A stretch of 64,000 nucleotides of DNA from Candidatus Latescibacterota bacterium (GTDB lineage: Bacteria > Latescibacterota > UBA2968 > UBA8231): the NCBI GenBank assembly GCA_965206595.1, contig OZ242214.1, positions 3,456,001 through 3,520,000 of the forward strand, read 5' to 3'. This document shows positions 9,778 to 18,182 of the stretch, one piece after another. A program made the position numbers and the translations under genes. Within the stretch, counting starts at the first letter, position 1, and each line of letters starts with the position of its first letter. The notes beneath the pieces are model-generated. The model was not told where the DNA came from, did not search any database, and saw only the letters and a program-made list of their open reading frames with translations.

Positions 9778-10062
9778 ATGGACGAGGTCTATGTGAAGGA
9801 GGTCATCGATGGATTGGGCGGTGCCAAAGCCTTGATGGACGAGATGGACGAGTACCGCGAAATCGTCGCTCGCATGAGAAAGGAGCGCTCCGATCTGTTG
9901 AAACGTCATCCCGACAAGTGGGTGGCGATGGGACAGGAGGGGGTCTTGGCTGTAGGAGAATCCATGGATGAGGTGCTCAGCGAGGTTGAAGGCCGTGGGC
10001 TGCATGGAGCGGACGTAGTGATCGAGTTCATGGACACGGATCCTCCCCTGCTGATCCTGTGA
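9778..10062 (+). CDS. DUF5678-like small protein
   Basis: 'LLKRHPDKWVAM...VLAVGESMDEVL'; AAGGAG RBS before ATG 9778; overlaps next gene (GTGA). Confidence 0.7.
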   Translation: MDEVYVKEVIDGLGGAKALMDEMDEYREIVARMRKERSDLLKRHPDKWVAMGQEGVLAVGESMDEVLSEVEGRGLHGADVVIEFMDTDPPLLIL

Positions 10063-10490
10063 TCATCGGCGAGTTTGACGATCAGGGGCGACCATACCTC
10101 GAGGGCCGCGTAATCATCCCCCGCCTGGATTTCAATGAGATCGTACCGTTCCTGCTGGATACGGGAGCTGACAGAACGTGCCTGCATCCACGAGATACCA
10201 GAAGGGCACGCATGCCCCTTGATCAGCTTGGCAACAGAATAGCCTCCAAGGGCATAGGGGGCAGTTCATCTTACTTTCGCGAACCGGCGATTCTCGCTTT
10301 TGTGGACAAGCCGCAGACGAGACTCTACGTGCTGGAGTTGCACATCGCCGAGCCGCACGAGAGCAACGAGGGACTGCCGTCGCTGCTCGGGCGTGATGTC
10401 ATCAACCACTGGTACATGCAGTATGATCCTGCAGAGACCAGAATTGAATGTACCGTCCGGTATGCCGACTCAACTTTGGCCGCCGAATGA
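10059..10490 (+). CDS. Retropepsin-like (clan AA) aspartyl protease
   Basis: 'FLLDTGADRT', 'GIGG' flap, 'SLLGRDVI'. Confidence 0.85.
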   Translation: MIIGEFDDQGRPYLEGRVIIPRLDFNEIVPFLLDTGADRTCLHPRDTRRARMPLDQLGNRIASKGIGGSSSYFREPAILAFVDKPQTRLYVLELHIAEPHESNEGLPSLLGRDVINHWYMQYDPAETRIECTVRYADSTLAAE

Positions 10491-10638
10491 CCTGGACACT
10501 TGGGGGGCCGAATTACGGGTGTGATGGGCGGTTCCCCGAATCTAGCCGGTCCCGGTCGAAAGGCCGGGGCCGGGGTTCCGATGTCGACCAAGTAGGTCCC
10601 GAAATCGCCAGGCAGAACCCCAAGGAGGAAGACGAAAA

Positions 10639-11028
10639 ATGAGTTCGGAGAAATGCGCCATCCATGCTGGCAGGAGCCACCAGAACAGAGACCAACGCCG
10701 TCCGTTGGATCCGACCATATATAAACTTCCAGAAAGCAGTACCGGTGTAGGGGCAAAAAAGTGTGCCTACTGCGCGTATCTGCTTGGAATTAATGAGACC
10801 ATAAAATCGGTCGAAAAGGCGTTGGAGATTGGCCAATTTCCGAAAGGACGCGGAGGCGCCTTTCACAACAGAAGGCTTATGGAAGAGGCCATAAAAAGCT
10901 CGTTTCAGTTAGGCTTAGGAAACCAGGAAAGTTATAAAGAATACCTCGAAGAATTTGTAGACCAACATTTCCCCAACATGGGAGATGACGAACGGGAACA
11001 ATGGATCGATAAACACGAAACACCGTGA
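10639..11028 (+). CDS. Hypothetical protein (possible Cys/His metal site)
   Basis: AAGGAGG RBS upstream; 129-aa lower-GC ORF with CAIH...H and CAYC. Confidence 0.55.
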   Translation: MSSEKCAIHAGRSHQNRDQRRPLDPTIYKLPESSTGVGAKKCAYCAYLLGINETIKSVEKALEIGQFPKGRGGAFHNRRLMEEAIKSSFQLGLGNQESYKEYLEEFVDQHFPNMGDDEREQWIDKHETP

Positions 11029-11111
11029 AGGAACCTTTGCCTTGAACTTTCTCGAGAACCTGCTGCGCGGATGCGCGGAGGATTCGCCCGAAGAATTGGG
11101 GGGAGTATCAG

Positions 11112-11285
11112 ATGATTGAAGATCCTGTTGTTGAGGAAATTCGCCGGCACCGTAAAGTCCATGCTGCCGAACATGGAAATGACCTTGGGCGCATTGTTCA
11201 AGCACTCCGCAAGCGCGAACGGGAATCTGATCGTCCGCTGCTAAATCCAGGGCCAAAGAAGCAACCAAACCCAACCGAGGGCTGA
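11112..11285 (+). CDS. 57-aa putative antitoxin of the type found downstream of PIN toxins (not in ORF track)
   Basis: Manual translation MIEDPVVEEIRRHRKVHAAEHGNDLGRIVQALRKRERESDRPLLNPGPKKQPNPTEG; GGAG RBS; immediately preceded by 'SPEELGG', resembling the C-terminal TPEEL motif of PIN toxins. Confidence 0.6.
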   Translation: MIEDPVVEEIRRHRKVHAAEHGNDLGRIVQALRKRERESDRPLLNPGPKKQPNPTEG

Positions 11286-11287
11286 TA

Positions 11288-11356
11288 TTCAACCGGCCCC
11301 TGCTCTACCTGATGGGGGACGGTTCCACCTGCTCGAGCTGGCTCATCGCGGCCGGA
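11288..11356 (+). repeat. Degenerate direct-repeat copy of 12490-12560 (internal part of the 12301 gene)
   Basis: ttcaaccggcccctgctctacctgatgggggacggttcc... vs ttcaactggcccctgctctacctgatggggggcggttccc... Confidence 0.85.
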
Positions 11357-11555
11357 AGAGCGCCCCTCCGCCGCCGTTGCGAAAATCCGGGCCGCGTTCG
11401 CCGTCGAATAGGCGGCGCAGCCTGCGATCCGAAGAGCTTCTCGCGCGGCGGACAACATCCGGACCGACACGAGCCGCCACCTGGCGGCGCGCTTCGCGAC
11501 TCGACAGCCACTCCTCCCATTTCCAGGAAACCTTGACCGGCTCAGTCGAGCTCAC
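11343..11555 (-). CDS. Small hypothetical protein overlapping the 3' end of the nucleotidyltransferase gene
   Basis: 70-aa ORF whose start overlaps the 3' end of 11542-12135; its 3' end runs into the repeat. Confidence 0.3.
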   Translation of the reverse strand: MSSTEPVKVSWKWEEWLSSREARRQVAARVGPDVVRRARSSSDRRLRRLFDGERGPDFRNGGGGALFRPR

Positions 11556-12135
11556 GTTTCACCTCGGCCTTCAGGCCGGTCATCTGTTCGGCGACGCCGA
11601 AAGAGGGCAAGGCCGCCAACCGGTCTACCTCGTCCCAATCGACCGGCGTCCGCCCCGCGAGACAGACCGCGAGCAACTTTTTCGCGGCATCGCGCGCCTC
11701 GCTGTCGCTCGCTGGATAGAACGCCGAAAGCACCCGCTCCACGAGAACCTGCTCCACGGGAATGATCGATATCCTCCCACAGGGTGTGTCGATCTCACGA
11801 CACGCCGTGCGCGCTTCGTTTTCCAGCAAACCGAGTAGATCGACATACAGGTCGCCGACCAGCCAGCTTCGGGGGCCGCCCGTCGCCTTCAACTTGCCCA
11901 TGAGATCCTGCGCCTGGCGCAGCGGTACCGGTTGCGGATTCAGGCGGCATAAATCGATGTCGCCGGACATGTACGCTCCTTCGGTGTAGAACTCCACGGC
12001 GGAGCCGCCGACGACGACGAGCTCCCAGCCGGCTTCCCGGAAAACACCGGTTACGAGCCCGGCGAGCTTCAGGGCTTTCTCGAGCAGGTCTTCGGTAGCC
12101 TGGATATCCTGCAGGGCTGAATCTATCGAGTCCAT
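11542..12135 (-). CDS. Putative minimal nucleotidyltransferase (DUF6036/AbiEii-like)
   Basis: 'LVVVGGSAV...YMSGDIDL' GS...DxD signature; real start taken as ATG 12135 inside a long shadow ORF. Confidence 0.7.
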   Translation of the reverse strand: MDSIDSALQDIQATEDLLEKALKLAGLVTGVFREAGWELVVVGGSAVEFYTEGAYMSGDIDLCRLNPQPVPLRQAQDLMGKLKATGGPRSWLVGDLYVDLLGLLENEARTACREIDTPCGRISIIPVEQVLVERVLSAFYPASDSEARDAAKKLLAVCLAGRTPVDWDEVDRLAALPSFGVAEQMTGLKAEVKRELD

Positions 12136-12300
12136 ACTGAAAAGGGTACCGGCGGCAGCGGACGCCGGCAACGCCCTTGCAGTGTCGGCACCGCATCGCT
12201 CATCTCTGCCTGTTGGGTTCGTATAGCGTGGGGTATAGATTAGGTCCCCACTGAAAAAGAGCGAGCCCTGCTCTTCTCTCTCGAAATCGGAGGACCTGAC

Positions 12301-14208
12301 TTGGAAACGATCCGCGCCACCGTGCCCGTGACCCGGCCCCCCTCCTGGGCGGTGCAGCAACGCCACCTGATGGCGGCGATGAAGGAGGGCGTCCACCCCT
12401 TCGTCGACCGCTACGTGCGCGACAACGGCGAGTTCATCTGGGACGACGCCTGGGGCGGGGGCAGCCCGGACGACTACTACGAGCCGTACTTCAACTGGCC
12501 CCTGCTCTACCTGATGGGGGGCGGTTCCCACCTGATCGAGCTCGCCCACCGCGGCTGGGAGGGGGTGACGCGGCAGCTGACCCGCTGCGGCACCGTTCAC
12601 AACGAGTACCACAAGGCCGAGGACGTTTTCCACATCTCCGAGAGCGACGCCTTCTTCTACCACCTCTGCCTCGCCGATCCGGCCGATGGCAGCCTGCGTC
12701 TCAGGGCGCGCAAGTTCGCCGGCTTCTACACCGGCGACGATCCCGAGGTCAGGAACTACGATCCGGAGAAGCGGATCATCCTGTCGCCGATCAACGGCTC
12801 CGGGGGGCCGAGCTACCGCGACGATTCCCAGCGCGACTCCCTCCACCGCGGCAGCGAGCGCTACGGCATTCCGTTCTACGACCTGCCCGGCATCTCCTCC
12901 TGGAGGGACACCGAGGATAACGCCAGGGCGCTGGAGATGGGCCGCGCCGCTCACGACCGTTGGGCCAGGGGGGACGTCATCCACAACCTCGCCCAGACCA
13001 CCCTGGCGACAAACGCCTTCCTGCTTACCGGCGAGGAGAAGTACCGCGACTGGGCGGTCGAGTACACCGATGCCTGGTTGGAGCGCGCCCGGGCCAACGA
13101 CTGGATGATCCCCGACAACGTCGGCCACTCCGGCGCCGTCGGGGAGTACATCGACGGCAAGTGGTACGGCGGCCTTTACGGATGGACCTTCCCGCACGGC
13201 TGGTACAACATCCAGATGGCCGTGCTCGCCGCCGCGGGCAACGCCCTCCTGCTCACCGGCGACGACGCCTACCTCGAGCTGCCGCGGCGCCAGCAGGACC
13301 GCATCTTCGAGCTCGGGGAGCAGCGCCACGTCCGCGGCGAGCACATGAGCCTCGAAGAGCACTGGATCGGCCAGTTCACCGCCATGGGAGAGCGCGGCGA
13401 AACCTTCCTCGTCCCCTACCGCTACGGCGACGCCGGCTGGTTCGACTGGCAGCCGCTGTCGCCGATCTTCCCCGCGGCGCTGTGGAACCTGTCGATGGCC
13501 GACGGCGACTGGGAGCGGATCGAGGAGGTGCGCGCCAGGGAGGCGTACGACTGGAGAGAGGTGGTCTGCTTCCACAGCAAGGAGGACGCCGGCCACGAGC
13601 AGCCCTGGCTGCGCTTCCTCGCCGGGGACAACCCCGATTTCCCCGAGCGCATGCTGCAGGCCGCCCACCAGGAAGTCACCCGCCGGCTCGCCCTGGTGCG
13701 CGGCGAGACCGAGGTCGGCACGCGCCACAACATTCACCTGTGGCAGGAGGTCAACCCGGTCAGCTCCGAGGCCCTGATCCAGCAGACCCTCGGGGCGCCG
13801 CAGCCGATCTACAACGGCGGCCTCCTGCACGCGCGCCTGCGTTACTACGATGCCCGCGCCCGCCGCCCCGGCCTGCCTCCCGACGTCGCCGCCCTGGTGA
13901 CGAAGCTCGAGGCCGGGCGGACCACGGTGCGGCTGGTCAACCTGAACTCGAACGCCGGCCGCGAGCTGGTGATCCAGGCCGGCGCCTACGGCGAGCACCG
14001 CTTCTCCGGGGCGCAGTACACCGCCCTGGAGAGCAACTACCCCGGCCCCCCGGCCCACTACGTGGGGCCGCCGGTTACCGAGGCGACGCGGACCGCGGAT
14101 TTTGCCGGCAAGTACCTCGGGGTCGAGCTTCCTCCGGGCACCGAGATCACCATCGACCTCGCCACCGACCGCTACGCCGGCCAGCCTTCCTGCGCGAGCC
14201 TCTACTGA
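12301..14208 (+). CDS. Conserved hypothetical ~635-aa protein, possibly an (alpha/alpha)-barrel enzyme; paralog 1
   Basis: GGAGG RBS + TTG start; strong GC3 bias; motifs DDYYEPYFNWP, GKWYGG..GWTFPHG and GHEQPW shared with the next gene. Confidence 0.85.
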   Translation: METIRATVPVTRPPSWAVQQRHLMAAMKEGVHPFVDRYVRDNGEFIWDDAWGGGSPDDYYEPYFNWPLLYLMGGGSHLIELAHRGWEGVTRQLTRCGTVHNEYHKAEDVFHISESDAFFYHLCLADPADGSLRLRARKFAGFYTGDDPEVRNYDPEKRIILSPINGSGGPSYRDDSQRDSLHRGSERYGIPFYDLPGISSWRDTEDNARALEMGRAAHDRWARGDVIHNLAQTTLATNAFLLTGEEKYRDWAVEYTDAWLERARANDWMIPDNVGHSGAVGEYIDGKWYGGLYGWTFPHGWYNIQMAVLAAAGNALLLTGDDAYLELPRRQQDRIFELGEQRHVRGEHMSLEEHWIGQFTAMGERGETFLVPYRYGDAGWFDWQPLSPIFPAALWNLSMADGDWERIEEVRAREAYDWREVVCFHSKEDAGHEQPWLRFLAGDNPDFPERMLQAAHQEVTRRLALVRGETEVGTRHNIHLWQEVNPVSSEALIQQTLGAPQPIYNGGLLHARLRYYDARARRPGLPPDVAALVTKLEAGRTTVRLVNLNSNAGRELVIQAGAYGEHRFSGAQYTALESNYPGPPAHYVGPPVTEATRTADFAGKYLGVELPPGTEITIDLATDRYAGQPSCASLY

Positions 14209-14289
14209 CGACCGGGGCCGCCCTGCCCGGAACGGCCTGCCGAACGGAAACGCCCGGAAAACGCCGGCGCTTCACCGAATGAGGAATCC

Positions 14290-16236
14290 ATGCCCAACGA
14301 CACCCTGATCACCGCCGACCTGCCGTCGGTCTCGCAGCCCAACTGGGCGCTCTGGGAGCGCGCGCTGTTCGACGCCATGGACGAGTCCGTCTTCCCCTAC
14401 CTCGAGCACTTCACCCGCGACGACGGCGAGTTCATCTGGAAGGACGAGTGGGGCGGCGGCAGCCACGACGACTTCTACGAGCCCTTCTTCAACTGGCCCA
14501 CCCTGTACCTGATGGGTGGGGGCGACCACCTGCTCGGCCTCGCCCACCGCCAGTGGAACGCCGTCACCCGGCAGCTGACCCGGCTCGGCACGGTCTACAA
14601 GGAGTACGGCCTCGACGCCGACAACATGCACCAGTCGGAGAGCGACATCGCCTTCTACAACCTCTGCATCGCCGACCCGCTGAACCCGATCAACGAGGTG
14701 CGCGCCCGCCGCTTCGCCGGCTTCTACCTCAACGAGGACCCCGAGGCGATCAACTACGACCCGGAGCTGAAGCTCGTCTTCAACGGCCACCACGGCAGCC
14801 GCGGGCCTCACTACCGCTCGATGTCCGAGCGCGAGAACGCCAGCTACAGCCCGCTCGGCGGCAGCATGGAGCGCTACAACCTGCCGTTTTTCGATCTGCC
14901 CGGAATCGAAAGCGTCCAGGACCTCGCCGACCCGGCCAAGGCCAGGGCCATGGGGCAGGCCCTGTTCGACCGCTGGTACAAGGGGGACACCCCGACCAAC
15001 CTGTCGCTGACCTCGCTGATGACGAACGCCTTCCTGCTGACCGGGGAGGAGAAGTACCGCGACTGGGTGGTGGAGTACACCGGCGCCTGGCACCGGCGCG
15101 CCCGCGACAACGGCGGCCTGCTGCCCGACCAAGTCGGCCACAGCGGCCAGGTCGGCGAGTACCTCGGGGGCAAGTGGTACGGCGGCGCCATGGGCTGGAC
15201 CTTCCCACACGGCTTCCTGACCATGCAGTTCGCCGTTCTCGACGCCGTCGCCAACGCCCTGCTGATCACCGGCGATCGCGACTGGCTCGACCTTGCCCGC
15301 ATGCAGCAGGAACGCATCCTCGACATGGGGGAGATGCGCGAGATCCGGCGCGGCGAGATGAGCGTCAGCGAACGCTGGGTGGAGCAGTTCGACGCTCTCG
15401 AGCCGGGACAGAAGACCCTGCTGGTCCCCTACCGCTACGGCGACGCCGGCTGGTTCGACTGGCAGCCGATGCTGTCCGTCTACCCGGTGACCCTGTGGTA
15501 CCTGTCGATGGAGGAGCGGGACTGGCAGAGCGTCGAGCGGGTGCGCGAGGGGGACGTACACGACTGGAACTCGGTGTTCGCCTTCCACAACAAGGAAGAC
15601 TCCGGCCACGAGCAGCCCTGGGTGCGCTACCTGGCCGGGGCCAACCCCGACTTCCCGGAGCGCATGCTGCACGCCACCCACCAGATCGTCAACCGCCGCA
15701 ACGCCCTGGTGCGCGAGGACGAGGACGTCGGCACGCGCTTCCATATCCACCAGTGGCAGTGGGGCAACCCGCTTTCGTCGGAGGCGCTGATCCAGCTGAC
15801 CATGGGCGGGCCGCAGCCGATCTACAACGGCGGCCTCCTGCACGCCCGGGTACGCTACTACGACTGCGAGCGCCAAAGGCCGGGGCTGCCCGAAGAGGTC
15901 GGCGCCCTGGTGGAGCAGCTCGAAGCCGGCCGCACCGTCGTGCGCCTGGTAAACCTGAACACGGCCGAATCGCGCCGCCTCGTCATCCAGGCCGGGGCCT
16001 TCGGCGAGCACCGTTTCGGAAAGGCCACGTTCAGCGGCCGCAGCAGCGACTGGCCGGGCGAGCTGGGGGGCTACGCCGGCACCTACGCGCCGCCGCCGCT
16101 GCAGGCCGAGGAGCGAACCGTCGAGGTCGGCGGCTCACACCTGACCGTCGAGCTCCCCCCCGGCATGGAGATCCGCCTCGACCTCGAGACGGAGCGCTAC
16201 GTCAACGAGCCCTCCTTCCACAACGGACCGTTCTAG
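14290..16236 (+). CDS. Conserved hypothetical ~648-aa protein; tandem paralog 2
   Basis: Collinear with 12301-14208 over its full length. Confidence 0.87.
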   Translation: MPNDTLITADLPSVSQPNWALWERALFDAMDESVFPYLEHFTRDDGEFIWKDEWGGGSHDDFYEPFFNWPTLYLMGGGDHLLGLAHRQWNAVTRQLTRLGTVYKEYGLDADNMHQSESDIAFYNLCIADPLNPINEVRARRFAGFYLNEDPEAINYDPELKLVFNGHHGSRGPHYRSMSERENASYSPLGGSMERYNLPFFDLPGIESVQDLADPAKARAMGQALFDRWYKGDTPTNLSLTSLMTNAFLLTGEEKYRDWVVEYTGAWHRRARDNGGLLPDQVGHSGQVGEYLGGKWYGGAMGWTFPHGFLTMQFAVLDAVANALLITGDRDWLDLARMQQERILDMGEMREIRRGEMSVSERWVEQFDALEPGQKTLLVPYRYGDAGWFDWQPMLSVYPVTLWYLSMEERDWQSVERVREGDVHDWNSVFAFHNKEDSGHEQPWVRYLAGANPDFPERMLHATHQIVNRRNALVREDEDVGTRFHIHQWQWGNPLSSEALIQLTMGGPQPIYNGGLLHARVRYYDCERQRPGLPEEVGALVEQLEAGRTVVRLVNLNTAESRRLVIQAGAFGEHRFGKATFSGRSSDWPGELGGYAGTYAPPPLQAEERTVEVGGSHLTVELPPGMEIRLDLETERYVNEPSFHNGPF

Positions 16237-16284
16237 TTTTCGCCGTATCCGGGTATTTCATCACGAAGGTAATGGTCTCACAAG

Positions 16285-16593
16285 ATGCTCGATCTGGTCT
16301 GGATACAGGACAGAATCAGAACGGGTCAGTACTACGTTTCGAAACATGGCGATCAGGAAAGACAGAACGACAACCTGTCTCTCGCTGAAATTGAAGAAGC
16401 CTTGCTTTCGGGCCGGCTCCTCGAGTGGTATGAAGACACGGGCCGGGGAAAAAGTTGCCTGGTTGCAGGATTCACCGCACAAGGCAAACCGTTACATATT
16501 GTGTGCGGCGAAATGGACAATCGCGTTGCCATAATTACGGTTTATATTCCGATGCCACCGAAATTCAAAAACCCTTACCAAAGGGGTGCATGA
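16285..16593 (+). CDS. DUF4258-family putative toxin
   Basis: 'YYVSKHG...IEEAL..G.LLEWY...SCLVAG...PLHIVC...IITVYIP'; low GC. Confidence 0.82.
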   Translation: MLDLVWIQDRIRTGQYYVSKHGDQERQNDNLSLAEIEEALLSGRLLEWYEDTGRGKSCLVAGFTAQGKPLHIVCGEMDNRVAIITVYIPMPPKFKNPYQRGA

Positions 16594-16853
16594 TGCAGAC
16601 AGGGTGTTCGTTTTGTGGTCACAGGGAACTTGAGCCTCGCGAGACTCAGTACATTTACCGGCACGATGGGCAGTTTCTCATTGTGGATGACGTTCCCTGT
16701 CTCAAGTGCTCGTACTGTGGTGAACAGTATTTCGAAGCTCGCGTATTGAAGGGTATAGAAAAGAAATTCAACGAGCTCCACGTCCATGGAAGCAAGGCGA
16801 GCAAGGCGGTTCAAGTTCCCGTTGAACACTTCCTGGACCTGCACCAGGTCTGA
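16590..16853 (+). CDS. YgiT-type zinc finger protein (MqsA-like putative antitoxin)
   Basis: CSFCG ... 'DVPCLKCSYCGEQYF'; ATGA overlap with the DUF4258 gene. Confidence 0.85.
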   Translation: MMQTGCSFCGHRELEPRETQYIYRHDGQFLIVDDVPCLKCSYCGEQYFEARVLKGIEKKFNELHVHGSKASKAVQVPVEHFLDLHQV

Positions 16854-16863
16854 AGTATCCCCC

Positions 16864-16960
16864 CTGACCGTCAAACTTCCCCCCGGCATGGAGATCCACC
16901 TCGACCTCGAGACGGAGCGCTACGTCAACGAGCCCTCATACCGCAACGGGCCTTTCTTAG
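16864..16960 (+). repeat. Direct-repeat copy of the last ~96 bp of gene 14290-16236
   Basis: ctgaccgtcaaacttccccccggcatggagatccacctcgacctcgagacggagcgctacgtcaacgagccc... vs 16141-16236. Confidence 0.95.
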
Positions 16961-17085
16961 CGGAGAACCACCCCCCGCAAACGGCCGGGGAGACAAACTG
17001 AGGCCGCAGGAGGCCCTGGTTCCGGCGAGTCTCCGGCGCCCGGATGCTCCACCCTAGGCCTGGCGCCTCGTAGGGAAGGACCCGG

Positions 17086-18072
17086 TCAGGAACGCTGGAT
17101 CATCTCGATGATGGGCCCTTCGAGCTTGCTCATCGGGTGCTCGAGCGCCTCGGCCCGCATCTGCTCCAGCCGCTTCGACGCCTCGACGTGGCCATCGGTG
17201 AACTCCTTGACGAAGGCGCCCCCCATGATGTCGTCGACGAGGAACGAGCGCGCCTTCTCGCGGATCTCGTCGTTGAGCAGCTCCTTCGCCCTTGTCATGG
17301 TCCCGTACTGGCTCGTCGTCGAGTGGTAGCGCATCTGCTTGTAGATGCCGTAGCGCGCCATCAGCGAGAAGACCTCGGCGTTCTCGGTCGAGGCGTAGAG
17401 CACCATGACGATCTCCTCCGGAGGGAGACCCTTTTCGACGGCGAGCTCGAAGCAGAACTCGAGCCAGGCGTGGATACCGGCCCACACCACCTGTTCGGTG
17501 TAGAGGTTGACGTACGCTTCTCCGAGGAATGAGGACTCGTAGATCCCCGCCCGCGTCAGCCCCATCCCCTTGCACAGGGCCATCGCCGTCTCGCGCGCCG
17601 TGCCGGTGGCGTCCCGCTCCACCGCGAACTGCCCGACGACGCCGTCGCCGGCCTCGTAGCGCTCACGCACGATGTTGCCCATCATGATCGGGGCGATCAT
17701 GATGGCGTCGGCCTCCGCGGGCGGCGCGATCACCTTGTAGCCGACATTGTAGCCGCTGCCCCAGCAGAGGGTGTTCCCCGCCTCGATGCCCGGGGCTATG
17801 TGCTCGTCCCAGATGAAGGGCATCGACTCGTCGGTGGTCAGCACCAGCAGGATGTCCCCCGCCCCGGCCGCCTCGAGCAGCGGCACCGGCTCCCATCCTT
17901 CCTTCCTCGCCAGCTCGCCGTACTCGTCGTCGCGGTTGCCGACGATCACCTCCATGCCGCTGTCGCGCAGGTTGAGGGCCTGCGCCCGCCCCTGGTTGCC
18001 GTAGCCGAGAACGGCAATGGTCCGCCCCTGCAGAACGTCGAGGGTCACGTCGTCGTCGTGGTAGATCTTCAT
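17086..18072 (-). CDS. ilvC: Ketol-acid reductoisomerase-like protein (divergent IlvC family)
   Basis: 'IAVLGYGNQGRAQALNLRDSG', 'MIAP', 'LYTEQ'; the canonical DLFGEQ motif reads NLYTEQ. Confidence 0.8.
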   Translation of the reverse strand: MKIYHDDDVTLDVLQGRTIAVLGYGNQGRAQALNLRDSGMEVIVGNRDDEYGELARKEGWEPVPLLEAAGAGDILLVLTTDESMPFIWDEHIAPGIEAGNTLCWGSGYNVGYKVIAPPAEADAIMIAPIMMGNIVRERYEAGDGVVGQFAVERDATGTARETAMALCKGMGLTRAGIYESSFLGEAYVNLYTEQVVWAGIHAWLEFCFELAVEKGLPPEEIVMVLYASTENAEVFSLMARYGIYKQMRYHSTTSQYGTMTRAKELLNDEIREKARSFLVDDIMGGAFVKEFTDGHVEASKRLEQMRAEALEHPMSKLEGPIIEMIQRS

Positions 18073-18182
18073 GATCGCTCTTCTCCCGGGTTTTCAGTCG
18101 CGTTAGCTTTGCCAACGGACCAGGTTTTCCGCTTACGCAAGCGATACCGCGCGGCGCGGGCAAGCCGCCCAGGAGGCACGGG

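Noticed and set aside
10546-10573. GAAA-tetraloop hairpin as an ncRNA
   Set aside because: Single GC-rich stem, no U-tract and no second copy seen; insufficient evidence.
12136-14058. Upstream part of the 838-aa minus-strand ORF
   Set aside because: Antisense shadow of the 12301 gene; only the last 197 codons (NTase) look real.
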